NCBI GenBank assembly: GCA_951406725.2 | Contig: OX597826.1 | Coordinates: 3,038,001 to 3,102,000, forward strand | Direction of reading: 5' to 3' | Source of the DNA: Octopus vulgaris | Taxonomy: Eukaryota | Length of the DNA: 64,000 bases | Program-made: the position numbers and the translations under genes | The notes under the pieces: model-generated | Databases searched by the model: none | Told to the model about the DNA's origin: nothing | The model's input: the letters and a program-made list of their open reading frames with translations, nothing else | Shown: in pieces, positions 39,952 through 54,315 of the stretch | Layout of the letters: every line of letters starts with the position of its first letter | How positions within the stretch are numbered: position 1 is the first letter of the stretch

Positions 39952-40042
<91 letters not shown>

Positions 40043-40612
40043 CACATATATATATTACACATATATATGTGTGTGTGTGTGTTTGTCTGTGTGTGTCTCC
40101 TGCGTGACTGCGTGTGCGTACGCAACTGTTTGCGTATGTATATACATATGTAATTATATATCTATGCATGATGATGTGTGCATGTTTGCATGCTGGTGTG
40201 CGCACCTATTAGTATATATTTAATACGTGATACGTATTCATATTAAAATTTTAAAAAATAAATAAATAAATGATTAGCGCGGTAGGATTCCGCTAAATCT
40301 TCACCATGGTAACCAACAGCAGCGAAATATTGGCAGACATCTACCACCTCCACAATCACCATAAACTGTGTACACCAAAATCTATTCTAGAACTTAACAG
40401 TAAGCAAATTAATAACACCAATATCGTCACCTTTGTTCGTGTTGCTATTTGCTACGAATTAAAATACAATCATACATTTGGCTTCCAGCATGTGACACTC
40501 ATTTTCTATATGAAATTATTATATGCCTACGTATTGTACATCACACATGCACATACACACACAAACACAGACATACACACACACACATAACAAAAATGCA
40601 CGCACACTTGCG

Positions 40613-40649
<37 letters not shown>

Positions 40650-40653
<4 letters not shown>

Positions 40654-40750
40654 CTTTTAATTGTTTCAATCATTGAATCATTGAACTTCGAGCATTCTGA
40701 AGCACTGCTTTGAGAGATTTTGTAGTAGAAATCAACCCAGGACTCATTTA
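40650..40750 (-). mobile_element. SINE family B tail, decayed
   Basis: cttttaattgtttcaatcattg...agcactgcttt...aaatcaacccaggact. Confidence 0.55.
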
Positions 40751-40834
40751 CTTTAAGTTCAATTTTAGCCCAATTTTAGCCCATGGAAAGCAATGTCGAT
40801 GGAGCTTGTTAAATAAATTTCATCGTCTTCAGTG

Positions 40835-40982
40835 TCCAACTCGTACTCATTTCATAGACCCATAAAAGGGATGAAATACGTAGTCGACGTCAGCAAAATT
40901 TGAACTCAGAACTCAAAGACAGACGAAATGCCGCAAAACTTCTTGCCCGGCGTGCTTACGATTCAACCAGCCCTCCGTCTTA
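40835..40982 (-). mobile_element. SINE family A, diverged
   Basis: ggatgaaa..agtcgacgtcagcaaaatttgaactcagaac..gacagacgaaatgccgc..gcccggcgtgct. Confidence 0.8.
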
Positions 40983-42252
40983 TACCTAGTTAATATCAGC
41001 CTCAGAATTTTGGAAGTGAAAAATGCTGTCTGTGACTACGAGATGCAAACCGGAAAGAAGAATACCAGTCACTGATCAAAGATTCACAGTAAGAAGCCAT
41101 TAAAACGTATGTCACAGAGAAACACTAGAAAAACAATCAGTCAAACAGCAACGCACGTGGAGGAAGAGGGAGAAGGAGAAGGAGAAGAGAAAGAGGTTTT
41201 ACATATACAGTAGAAGAAGCCTCAACGAATGGTAAAAAGACCATAGTCGCTTATATCCCGCTTAACTCAGACATAGATAAAGTTGAATCGGCAAATGGGT
41301 ATCAGGGAGTCCAATGCAAAAGAAATTGCAATGCACCCTGCTCAAAATAAAAAAAAGTTCACTACATGTGCTAATATAGGTTTTAAACAACTGAAGGAAT
41401 ACTGCAAATGTAAACGCAGTGTGAGGACAGTAACTCTAACAGGCAATGCACTGTGAGATAATTTGTGCGTATGTGTGTGTGTGGGGTGGGGTGCGAATAT
41501 GTGGATAAGTTCTTCACGAAAAATATATATTTTGATGATAATGTTTCCCAGCATTAGTCTATTCCATTTGACGCCACTTTTGAAAAACATATTTTGTGGA
41601 CTATTTTTCTCATAATTGTCATATCCATCTAGCACTAAATTCAAAAGCAAAAATTCGTTTATAGATGGTGAATTGTGAGTCAGTCTATAGTGCTTTATTA
41701 TTGATTGGTCTGTGAAGACAGCTTTTCTTTTTCCTCACTGCAGCTTTGAATATTCTGTCTTACTTAGTCTCCATTTGAGCATTTATACACATTAACTGAC
41801 AGCAATTTAGCGTGGTAATAATTAAAAAGCCAGATATTTGTGAAGCAATGATTGATGAATTCCTTCGAAAAATTTTAGGAAAATAAATTTCACGTGTTGT
41901 CTTCGCCTGATTCCTTGGTCCAAAATGCTTAATTATTTATTTTTCTATATACAGTACTAAACTGAGATGCATCCATTATATTTAATGACTAATAAATACA
42001 AGTAAGACATGAAATAGTACCGATACAATATACAGAAAGACCCATAAAAATCCCGTGTAAGTCTTGATTTATTTGATCTTGATTTGGCGATATTACGAGG
42101 TACATTGAGTATCCGGAGGAAAATTCGCTACAACTTCAAGTTTAAGTTATACAGTCCTGTTATTCAACTTAGTACAATCCAACAGATTTAACTGCAATGT
42201 TCCAGTTTAACACAAGACAAGTCAAGTAATGCGGTAGAGGTTATATATATAT

Positions 42253-42554
42253 AAGTTCAGTAAAATCTAGATTCAGTTGAATGTGGTACTTAAGTTAAAG
42301 GCACCAGAATTTGGTGTGGTATTATCCATATAATTCAAAATAGGATTATTACAATCAAAATAAGTAACAAGGATATCCAGATGTAATACAGTACGATCGT
42401 TTCATGCGACTCCATTTAATTCAACAGTGCAAATATTACATCAGTTTTAAAAGATTGCTCTACATTTTAAAACTGATATAATATTTGCATTGTTCAATTA
42501 GATGGAGTCGCATGAAACGATCGTACTACATTACCTCTGTTGCTTATTTTGATT
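42253..42554. mobile_element. Fold-back element with unique tail (arms ~42353-42452 and 42465-42554)
   Basis: agtacgatcgtttcatgcgactccat...atcagttttaaaa mirrored by ttttaaaactgat...atggagtcgcatgaaacgatcgtact; short TA runs at both ends. Confidence 0.75.
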
Positions 42555-43378
42555 ATATATGTATATATACATAAGCAACTCATTATTCCAACAGGTGTAT
42601 GTGAGCAAGCATATAAACACAACTGTAGGCGAGCAGGCATGTAGTCTCACGCATGTATACTTATGCATTTCTGTGCGTGTGAAAATATATTTAAAAAAGA
42701 AATCCAAACGTATAAATTCAAGATTAGTTTCAGTGAATTAATAAGGTGTCAAAGAGACACCTTTCTATCATTACATAGATATGCTAAATTGATTATTTCA
42801 GGTAAAGTAAATTATCGGCGAGTCAAGGAAAACGCACAAACACAAAATGTAAAAGAAACAACGATATTCAAACGAAGAAGACAACAAGACCCAACGCCTT
42901 TGATCATATATCTACGCAGTCATTTCCTGTGATTGAACCATAAAGAAATTCTATGGTGTTTGATATTCGATTCTTTTTTCTGAAGGTAAAGAAGCAGCAT
43001 ATATAGAATTTTGAAGGAACATCAAATTGGAACTCTAACTATAGAAAGAAAATGAGATACGCACATAAAGAAAGGATAATAGAAATTCAGTCAAGAAAGG
43101 TAAGAGAGAAATCGGAAAATAGGTAATAAGAGCGAGTTAAAAAACTTTGCACTTTCTAAAATTATGTTTCATAGCACATTTTTGATGATGACTACGCTAG
43201 CAATTATACCGATAGTATAATCTTGTGAGTTACGACAGAAATGTGTATATATTTTACTTATACCAAACTAATCACATTTTTATACATTCGTGCAAACAAC
43301 ACATGTCGTCGTGCACAAGATTTGTTCTACAATGGAAATTTCATGTATTTCTGACTCTCTATCTTTAGTTAGGATGAA

Positions 43379-43492
<114 letters not shown>

Positions 43493-43579
43493 TGTCTGAT
43501 ATGTGTACATGTGTATGAATAAACGTGTGTGTTAAATTATTTAGTAAACGAAAATAACAAGTTGGCCTTAAATATCGAA

Positions 43580-43667
<88 letters not shown>

Positions 43668-44008
43668 GGAAAGTGACAATTATCAAAGTTATCGTTCTGA
43701 TAAGACATCTAGTTTTAGGACCCCTCAGGATTACAAGTCAACTTTCGTATGTTTTTATACGTCAAAGGCATATCTTTAATGGTATGTGTGCAAAAATATT
43801 TCAGATTACGATGGAGATACTTCCATGTAAAGAAATACTTGATAAATTTGTAAATTTGCTTTTCAAAGTGTATCTGTTCTCAAAATTTACAACTAAAATT
43901 ATTTTAAAAACAACATATAAACTTCATAAAAATGCAAAATTACTAAGAAAAGCGACGAAAGGAATAGAATGAATATCTGTTAACGACCCCTTTACTTCAG
44001 CAGCAGTG

Positions 44009-44331
44009 CATCCATCTATCCACCTACTCACCCATCGATCCATCGATCCATCTATCCATCGATCGAGCGAGCGATCGATCGATCCATCCATTCATTCATC
44101 CATCCATTCATTGATCCATCCATTCATCCATTCATCCATCCATCATTCCATGCATTCATCCATCCATCCATCCACCCACCCATCCACCCATCCATCCATC
44201 CGTCCATCCATCCATCATTCTTCCATCCATTCATCTACCCACCAATCCATCCATCCATTTATCCATCCATCCATCCATCCATCCACCCATCCATCCATCC
44301 ATCCATCCATCCATCCATCCATCCATCCATC
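44009..44331. repeat. Degenerate (CCAT)n tetranucleotide satellite
   Basis: direct reading; source of the HPSI-repeat ORF. Confidence 0.92.
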
Positions 44332-44401
44332 ACATGTGTGTGTATACCCACACATATATATATATATGAATATACACACACATACACACACACACACACA
44401 C

Positions 44402-44454
<53 letters not shown>

Positions 44455-44462
44455 CATATATA

Positions 44463-44578
44463 TTCTTTTATTTGTTTCAGTCATTTTGACTGCAACCTTG
44501 CTGGAGCACCGCCTTTAGTTGAGGAAATCCACCCCAGGACTTATTCTTAGTACTTATTCTCCCGGTCCCTTTTGCCGA
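44463..44578 (-). mobile_element. SINE family B tail
   Basis: tttcagtcattttgactgc..tgctggagcaccgcctttagt..ccccaggacttattct. Confidence 0.8.
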
Positions 44579-45015
44579 TACAGGTATTTGGCAGCGGACA
44601 CATTTGGTATAGCGGATTGAATGCAAAAAATGTAAGAAGGTCTACATTGGCAGCACGAATCGAACACTCAACACTCGCATTAAAGAACGCCTCAAAACAT
44701 GTGCGCCCTCATTTAAAATACACATTGACTAATGTAGAAACATCAACCAACATTTTACTGTTACCATTAAAGCGAGTGATAGAAATGTGGACAATAGTTT
44801 CAACCCCTAGATAAATAATAGATAAGAACTCGGCATACAGTACTTGCCATAAAAAGACACACCCACAGACACAGAAACGAATAATTCCATACAAAAGAAG
44901 AAAACTGGCTTGCAAAATACTATATCAGAAATTGACACCATTCACAAGGAAAGCGAAATAACCATCAAAAACAATTGGAAAAATTTATTAACTTTAAATC
45001 TAAATATTATATATA

Positions 45016-45219
45016 TCTGTAAATGTAATATGTGACAATTATTCGGTAGCCAAGATAAAACGCTGAGTTTCGGATGCCGAGGTGGCCATCGTAAAAACGC
45101 TATGAAAAATGACCGTTATACAAAGGGAGATGACTGTTAGTCACTGCTATTTAGATAAATTCCTCTATTTACATAAAATCGAGGTATCTTTCCTTCTTTT
45201 GTTATCTTACTGTTTTTAC

Positions 45220-45221
<2 letters not shown>
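45016..45221. repeat. Unclassified TA-flanked interspersed repeat
   Basis: complex block bounded by TA runs, contains gagtttcggatgcc; single copy in window. Confidence 0.35.
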
Positions 45222-45283
<62 letters not shown>

Positions 45284-45815
45284 ATGTATGTATGTATGTA
45301 TGTATGCATGTATGTATGTATATATGTATGTATGTAGGTATATATGTATATATGTATGTATGTATGTATGCTTGTATGGACATATCTAATCTAAAAGAAG
45401 GGTATAAGTATGAGTTTAGCACATCTTTAGCGACCAGTTGCCATTCTTTCTCAACGATTCTCCTTTCACGCCATCGTATAATGTGAAATGCTACGTGGTA
45501 CTATAATAGTTACAGTTTTAAATTCAGATTCACGCTTCATCGGAGTTTCATCAAATGGTGCACTCTTACACTGTGCATCTGCTGCAAACAGGAACAATTG
45601 TTACTTGTAATTAAAGAAGTTCCTAACGCATGTTTTGGCAAAGTGGGGATAGTAGGCCCCTTGTTCGAGGTGTAAGGACGCAGTCGTGTGTCGATAGCCA
45701 ACTGGAAAAGTTATTTTTCGGGAGCTAAAAAGGTAGTAACACCGTCCTAATCTCTCTCTCCTTCTCCCCATCTCTCCCCCTCTATCTCTCTGCGCCTCAC
45801 ACACACACACACACG

Positions 45816-45848
<33 letters not shown>

Positions 45849-48032
45849 GCGTGTGCGTGTGTGTGTGTACATTGTACATATGCATGTATATACACATACA
45901 CATATACATATTTCTATATATATATATATATGTTTACATGTCTGTGTGTGTGAGTGTGTGTCTGTGTGTGTTTGTGTGCGTGTGTGTGTATGCGTGTGCT
46001 AATTTGTAAATTAATGTAAGAACTTAGAGAACCCCTACCGCTCTCACAGTTCTCAATAGTCCAAAGTAAACCAGTTCGGAGAAGCGTAATCAGGAGCGTC
46101 ACTGAAACAGAAATGCTAAACAACCGACTGATGAAATTATTTCATGCGGAGTATATAAAGCACACAAGACAGGATGTATGAGTGGTGAATATATTCATTT
46201 AATCACTTGAATACATTTATTTAATCTCAATTATATGTAGTTAATGAGCTGTAACCACTTAGGTTTACAGCCGTTTCGCAGCCTTTTTCTATAACTACTT
46301 ACATTATGGAGGAGATTATGCTGAAAGTTTTGCATTAAAAATTATGCCTACAAAAACAAAGGATCTCTAGAGATAAATCGTTGGTGCAACTGTGTTGTTG
46401 TGGCGATTGATAAGCGACTTTACATGCGCATACGCTGTATTGAGTTGTGAATATATAACTGCATTTCATAATGGCGAGCATGCATTTTGATATTGGTCCG
46501 TAACAATAATATTCTCCACACTGTTATACACGAATGATGTAAAATGCTTAAATAAATATATTCACCTCCCGTACCTCCTGATATTTTATGGGTTACATAT
46601 GTAGGTATATATACACATATGTGTGTGTGTGTTTATACGTACATACATATATATATATATAAATATATATATATATTTATATACATATATATATGTACGT
46701 ATATATGGGTACGCATGTATGTATGTACCTATATTTCATATTTATATATACATATATTATATAATATATAGGATATATACAAACATACGAATGAAAATAT
46801 ATACATGATATGGTCAAGTTATTTTCGTGTATGTGTATTGTGCATGCAAGTGCAAGCGCGAATCTATCTCTGTGTAAGTCTGTGGGTGAATTTCTGTAAA
46901 AACTCTGTCTTAATTATTGTTTAGGGGAACGAATTAACATTATCATTACCAACATTTTTTTGCCATCCTTTTCTTTCCATATTCGACGCTTAATGCTTAA
47001 AATCATTTGGTTAATATCTCCAATATAAATGTGTCCATACACCTATACATACAGGCCCATATTGACGTACATAAATATATGTATATATACACATAAATAA
47101 ATGCATACATATATATATATACATATATATATATATGTATACATATATATATGTATTTATTCAGATGTAGCTATTTTTATTTATATATGTATATAGGCAT
47201 AAATATATGCATAGTTATACATATATATAAAAATATACATATACATATATATATATATATATTTCTATATATATATATATATATATACATAAGTATACAT
47301 ACACACACAAATACATACGTAAATATACTACATACACGTTTATACATGTGTGATGTATGTGGAGTATGTATAAGAAAGTGCTACAATGTTTTGTGTGTAC
47401 GTATGTCTTTAGTTTCTAATACGCCAACCATTATCAGTTAGATATATTAGATTTCTGAATTTCTTACGCTTACACTTGCTATTTTTCTGTCTGTTATGTT
47501 TTCTTCTCACTTTGTCGCATTACCTCATTGATTCATTCTACATTTCTCTATTATTTTCTTCACAAGTTTTTTTCTTTCTCTTTTACCATTTTCTTTTGGT
47601 ACGTCTTGCACTGTCGTTCATTTCTTACTTCTTATTTAACTTTATACCTTTTTTTTTTCTTTCTCCTTTTATAACTTTTCTCTTTTTCCTATTCTCCTCT
47701 TAAGCCAGCGATTAGATGATCAGTTTTATTGCTTTGCTAAATTTCGTACGTGTTTAGTATTCTATATGACTGTTAATCGACTCTCTAGCGCTCTTTGTAA
47801 TCTTGGTCTCTCTCAAATGGTGTAGCTATGACTAGCGTCGGTTTCTATATAAAGGAATAGATAGGTAGAGCTGTCATGCTTTGAGAAACCTAAAAGAAAG
47901 TTATTAGATGCTGTTAGTTTTTTTGTATTTTCTTTCTCTACATTCATCTTATTTCCCATCCTTTCTCTCTCCCTACTTACATAATACACATGTACATACA
48001 CACACCTATATATACACACCTATATATACACA

Positions 48033-48071
<39 letters not shown>

Positions 48072-48920
48072 TTATATATATATATGAGATGGGCTGTGTG
48101 TGTGATTCTGCAAATATATGTGCGCATCTCAATGAATGAATGTGTGTGTATATTTCTGAGTTTCTGTACCTACATATTCGGGATTCATATACGGGTACAT
48201 GTGTATGCATATAACTTCTGCATCAGGTTTAAAAAATTCTGCTGATGATGAATGAATTGTAAAACCACACGCATACAATAAATATCTTTACTTCCTTCTT
48301 GCTGTATATCTCTAATTATTCTAGCTTTACTTTTTCCCTTGCTCTCTCCTTCTCTGTTGCTCCCTCTTTAACTTTTCCTGCCTATATACATATATACATA
48401 CATACACACACATATACATATATATGTCTGCTTGTGTGTGTTTATATATATATATATGTGTGTTTGTGTGTGTGTATTAATATATGATTGTACATATGTG
48501 TGTGTGTGTTTGGGCACGTGTGTGTGTATGGAAGCACCCACTCGACTATCACTGAATACAAAGAGTGTGACGTGTATGAATGATGTAAAAAAATCACGAG
48601 AGTAAGCTATCATATAAAAGCGTATGACATGAGAAATGTCATGCCGGATAAAAACGCATCACACACATATATATATGCATATATATATGCATATATATAT
48701 ATATATATATATAGTATATATTAGTGTGTGTAAGGAGAGAAAGGGAAGTAAAAGTATAAAAGCAATGAATAAATAAGAATAGTGAGATCTCTCGTAAATA
48801 ATGTAACCTATGGTATTGAATTCATACTAAATGAGACTGCGAAAGAAATATTGCGCAAGTGTGGAACATCTATTACGATTACCTTTCTCTGTCGCACACG
48901 GACACAGACACATACAAACG

Positions 48921-48967
<47 letters not shown>

Positions 48968-50929
48968 ACACACACACAGAAGCACGCACGTATGTAGATA
49001 TATGTTTCTCAATCCATATCCTTTCTTGAAGCGTCTAGAAAATTCAACCTTGTGGACATTATTAGGTGGAAAGAAAGTTGTCTTGTAGGTTAAGACAACC
49101 TTACCTGTAGATTCACATATAAAATAGTGTGTCGTATATTTTATTCACCATTCTGCTAATAAACGCTGTCCTCTTTCAAATATTCTCTGGACACAGGCTT
49201 TAATGTCTGGTTAAAACAATTTCTGAAATGATATGGTAGCAGTTAAAATGTGTATCTTCATTATATTTTAGTGCAAATACCGTACTGCATAAGCCATTAA
49301 TATATATTGTATGCTTATTCTGCAATATGAATCTAAAATTGAATATTTATAACCTTATAATACGCTTACACTGCTTTCTGAAATTCTAGAATTAAACAAA
49401 TCTTATCCATCCATGATAAGGTTCTTAATTTTTGAATTAGATTATACTCTCATTTATAGTGCTTCATATCATTAATTTTATATCAATGAAATTTATTCAC
49501 TTCATATCTTAATTAATTTTTTGTTATAAATTTAATTACTTATGTTCCTCGTAGCTTCTAAAACACGAAAACATGGTGTTGAGTAGTTTAGTTGTTATAT
49601 TTTCTGTCTTAGCTCTATCAGTTCGCGTGTTCAATTTCTGGAAGTGAAAATGTGCCGCTCATGGAGTTCGTGTAGTATTGCTCCGACCGAATCACCTTAG
49701 GTGAATACATGCCAAATGCTGTTCCAATATTCACTTCCTTCCGATTGTCTTATCCTATAATTTCTGCTTAGTCAATGATACGAACGCGACTACAGAGGAA
49801 CCTAAAACATTCAGTGTTATCATATTACTTACTGTCAAGGTAATTGCTGTTCCACAGGATACTCACTTAATTGGATGTCAGAATTTTGATGTTCATTTAA
49901 TTTGTGAAAATGAAGCTTTCTAAGAAATCTAAGAAACGTTTTTTGTATATCCTTCCATGGGATGCCATGGCCATACTTTTGTATATGAAAATAAAATGAA
50001 GCATTATACGTTTCCCTTTCCAAACCTGCCATACCTCATGCCTCACCAGAGAAATTTCACAATAATTATTTCAAGATATATGTAATGTCTAATCGTATAA
50101 TATTCTATAACAGTTAAGCAAAGCTTGTTTTCGTTCATAGAAAAATGGCACTGAATAGAAACCCCAATGTAAAATTTTAATATTTTGCATATATCATTAT
50201 GTTGCATTCATTTCAAATAGAATATCCCCAACAGTTGAATGTGTAATTCAAACTCAGCACATTGTTTGGGAAACGTTATGAAATAACAACAGAATTTAGC
50301 AGGCTGTTCAGTTTGATATTTATTTACATTTCTATACTTTTGTAAACAATGCGGTTCTGGCATCAATGTGTATAGATTTGTCTGCCTAAACGTTCAGTTT
50401 CCATTTCTATATTTAAATTAGGTTTAACACGTTAATAATTATGGTGTATAATAGAGAGAATGTCTATATAAAGACATTGTTGAAACATATTCGTTTTCTT
50501 TGTTCCGTTAGGTAATAATTTTATTAGAATCCATTGTTATTCAACTTTATATTTCAGTTTCGTTTTGTCAATTGCAAAATCTTTTGATTATATCAATTAG
50601 ATATTTTTTTTTCTATTCGAATATACAAATACCTTATTTGGCGATGAATAATATAAATCTATGCTTTAACATGTTTACTGTTTGTTGTTAGATGACAATT
50701 TATAGTGAGTGATGTCGAATGAAACATAATTCAAAAACAATGCGAAAAGAAAAGAAGCCGGTTCGTTGAAATTTCAGCTTTCTGATTTCAATAATTAATG
50801 ATGAATTTAGATATTATATTTCCATATACTTTTAAAAAGTTAGAATGTTTGCAGCCTGGATGTTTTGACCGTATGCATGCACAATCACGCTTTACCTGGT
50901 TCTAAATTGCTTCAACAATCCATCAACTA

Positions 50930-51570
50930 TTAACCCTTTGACAACGGTTGACGCAAATATGCGATCACACTTTTGCTTGCCTAACTGCGGTTAACGTAAA
51001 TATACGACATAGAGCTACCCTACATCTATCACAGACATTTTAGCGGCTGACGTTAGTTTACGTTCGCTATCGTGTATTTTATCTGTTTAGGTGCGTTCGC
51101 TCGCCGTCCTGTGCATTATCTCTTTCTATATATATAAACGGCAAAATGCCTGTCTCCGTGTGTGTATCCTTTATACAATATCCACAATTTTTCAGTTAGA
51201 GGGCTCGCACTTTCTATGGTCATTCAAAACCGTCCAGGAGTGGTCGTGCACATTTTTACATTTCCGCAGTCACCCCGCAAAGCCATTTAAAAGTCAATAG
51301 AAGTGACTAAATATGCACCATTGGAAAAGTTCCGAACAATTGAAAACATTGATAGTACCTCATTGATCGAAGTGTTAGTACCTAGATGGAAAGTGTTTGG
51401 TGTGCAGCACCATCAAAATTCATTACTGCAATTATGTGGAAATGCCGCAAGGGGTGTGAGGCAAACAAAACATAAGACATGGTTTTGCATATCACTTTGT
51501 GTAAGCTCAATCTGCAAAAATTTTTACATACGCATCGGAAGATCATGTAATCCAAAGCCTCTCATTTAAA
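50930..51570 (+). mobile_element. Possible piggyBac remnant
   Basis: TTAA-CCCTTT terminus, three sub-terminal cggYtRacg repeats, and a Cys-containing stretch LCGNAARGVRQTKHKTWFCISLCVSSIC resembling the piggyBac C-terminal Cys-rich domain; no second terminus found. Confidence 0.35.
51125..51308 (+). mobile_element. Possible Helitron-type 5' end fragment
   Basis: begins TCTATATATATAAA, as many non-autonomous Helitrons do; no 3' hairpin/CTRR recognised. Confidence 0.35.
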
Positions 51571-52664
51571 ACGAATCATAAAATATTAGTTTCTTCAAGT
51601 AAAAAGAAAAACAATCTGAAAATTCTATGAATTAACATAAAAATACAAAACTAGAAGATTATATCCGGCGTATTGAAGTCGTAGATGAACTAAAAGCTCT
51701 AGAATTTATTTGCTGGATAGTATAAACATTCCAGTCAAGTTTCAACGTAGCCTACCAAACAAGTAGCAATAAGGAATAAAACATGTTCTCATAAACTCTA
51801 TATACACAGTAGAAATTATACGAATTGGTATTCCGTTTTATAAAGAGAAACTCGGCAAATCCGTTTTCTTAGTCACCATCAAACATCAAAATATCGAGCA
51901 ATAACATGAAGCATCAAAGATTTAAATTTCTGCCTTCATCTATATTTCATCTGCATTTTTTTTTTAGGTTTTAATTCCTTTGAATGTACTTCCAGTTCTC
52001 TTATAATGATAAAAAGTAAAAAGAAAAACAAAAGTTAAAAAGAATAATAAAAAAACAACGAAAGTAAATACTATCCTCACCATCTTTTTATGCTTAATAT
52101 TATTTCCTTTTTACCACCCTAAAAGAACATTAGTAACCGAGCATTTCCGCCAGTGCAATTGGCTTGCTTGCCTTTTATTTCCAGTTTTATTACGTTTCTG
52201 CTAAATTCCAGCGAAACTCTAAACTTTGACGACTCTTATTATTCCTTTGGAACTTTGCCTCAGAACGTTTCATCCTTCATCGTGATTCTCACTAAAAATT
52301 ACGTTCTGCTATCTCTTATAACTATCGTTGGCTAATTCGTTTAACTTCTCAACATGTTTCGCTAATGTTTTGTTATGACGCTTTTGGGGAAAGAGATTTC
52401 GCTATTCCATGCACACCCCAGCACTGATATTTTTGGCTTTATTTTTGTTTTAATTCTATTATTTGTGACCAAATATTTGTTTCAGTTTTACTGTGCTGCG
52501 TCTGTATGTTTCATAGTTTTAATGTTTCCTTACTTTGTTTTTAGCTTACATATCCGTTTGTCCCTTTTATGAAGCCGATATGTATGTATGTATGCATATA
52601 TATATATATGTTTTGATGTACGAATTTATGAACGTTTGTGTCTATCGATATTTGTGTCCACCAA

Positions 52665-52800
52665 TGATGCATTGGCAGAAATGGTTTGTGGGTCGGGGGT
52701 AAGTTGGCTGTGCGTCATTTGTCCAATTTTTCTACTCTGTGTGTTCAAAATAAGCCGAGGTCGTTTATGCGTTCCATTCTTTCGTGGTCAATCTATAAAA
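52665..52800 (+). mobile_element. SINE family A, very decayed
   Basis: tggcagaaatggtt...gttcaaaataagccgaggtcg..ttccattctttcgtggtc. Confidence 0.5.
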
Positions 52801-53675
52801 AATCTTTCCGGTGTTGATCGCCGCTATTATAAAAACGTTATTATAAAGATTATTAGATGGCAATTGATTCGGATCTTAGAATCATGTGTTCAAACTCCAG
52901 ATAGTCTCCCCGGCATTTGGGCAGGGCACATTAAACTGATAGTGGCCTCAAGTGTCATATCAAGTGTCTCGTTTATGGGTTCAACGTCTCGGTCTACTCA
53001 ATATGAGTGGATTGAGACAGAGCTCTTGCTTTGGCACCAATTAATTGAAGAAGCAGTAAAACACAAACATGCATACATGATATACACTTGCACACACGTA
53101 CGTATGTAATAAAACATGGCTGTGGTGGTCTGAATGATTCACAAAGGGTGTGAAACTGGTACCAGGCACGTTCTCGGACTATGTGCACCGAATGTCATTA
53201 CAGAATTGCAAACTCTTGGAGAAGTTGTTATACGTATTTAAATCTAAGGAATTTTGGAATATGTATAAAATCGTAAGAAATCGTTTATGTTACTTGGTGC
53301 TGTTCCTTCACATCTACCGGATTTTATATTAAACTTTATTCATTCCGGAGCTAATAAATGTGGTTTTAGAAAGGTTACACAATAAATAAACCACAACATG
53401 TATTTTCGGGAACATAGTTTTACATATATTTTTATTACTAATATTAATAGGAGTATTAGGGTAATTGTTCGGAAGAGCTTGGTATTGACTTTCTTTCTGT
53501 ATTTAGTTACTGTTTCCTAGATGCTTAGTTCAAATCACAGGGAAGACACATTTCTGTTTCAACATTTCGCTGTCGATAAAATGAAGTCGGCTACTGATTT
53601 CAAAATGGTGGACTGTATATCTTCCCAATTTAGAAGATTTGCGCATATATTAGAAATCAATATAATTAAAAACAA

Positions 53676-53830
53676 ACCGACGAGCTGGCAGTATTGGTAT
53701 CATGCCGAGCAAAATGTGTAATGGTATATTGTCAGTTTTTTTCTTCTGAGTTCAAATTCAACCAAGGTCTGTTACAAATTTGATCCCATTGGGATCTATA
53801 AAATATGTATCGGGGTCGATAAAATGTGTC
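53676..53830 (+). mobile_element. SINE family A, decayed (1 of 3 in tandem)
   Basis: cgagctggcag...ttctgagttcaaattc...cggggtcgataaaat. Confidence 0.75.
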
Positions 53831-53867
53831 AACGTGTGAGGCACCAATATTAAGGAAACGGATATAT

Positions 53868-54082
53868 TCGCAAGCTGGCACTATCGTTAGGATGTCAGAC
53901 AAAACGCTTAGCGGTATTGCGTGCGCTTTTTTACGTTCTGAATTCATGTGTCACCGGTATTGAATCCCTTTCATCACTTCGAGGTTGATAGAATAAATAA
54001 GTACCAATTGGGTACTGGGCCGATGTAATTGACTTCTCTTTATCCAGAACATGCTGGTATTGTTAAAAAAAAAATTGAAAAC
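53868..54082 (+). mobile_element. SINE family A, decayed (2 of 3 in tandem)
   Basis: aagctggcactatcgttag...ttacgttctgaattca...ctttcatcacttcgaggttgata..taagtacca. Confidence 0.8.
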
Positions 54083-54097
54083 AAAGCGAATAAAACA

Positions 54098-54315
54098 AAG
54101 GCGTCCAGCTGGCAGAATCATTGGTATGCCAGGTAAAATGCTCAGCAGCATTTAACCGCGTTTACGTTCTTAATTCAAATGCCGCCGACGGCAACGTTGA
54201 TTTTTATCCCTTTGTGATTGATAAAATATATACGAATTGATCACTGTGGTAGATGTAATCTAGTTGCTCCCTCCCACGAAATTACTGGTCTCGTGCCAGT
54301 ATCTGGAACCAATAT
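54098..54315 (+). mobile_element. SINE family A, decayed (3 of 3 in tandem)
   Basis: aaggcgtccagctggcagaatc...tttacgttcttaattcaaatgccgccga...aaattactggtctcgtgcca. Confidence 0.8.

Noticed and set aside
44006-44518. 170-aa HPSI-repeat ORF
   Set aside because: (CCAT)n satellite plus TA tract
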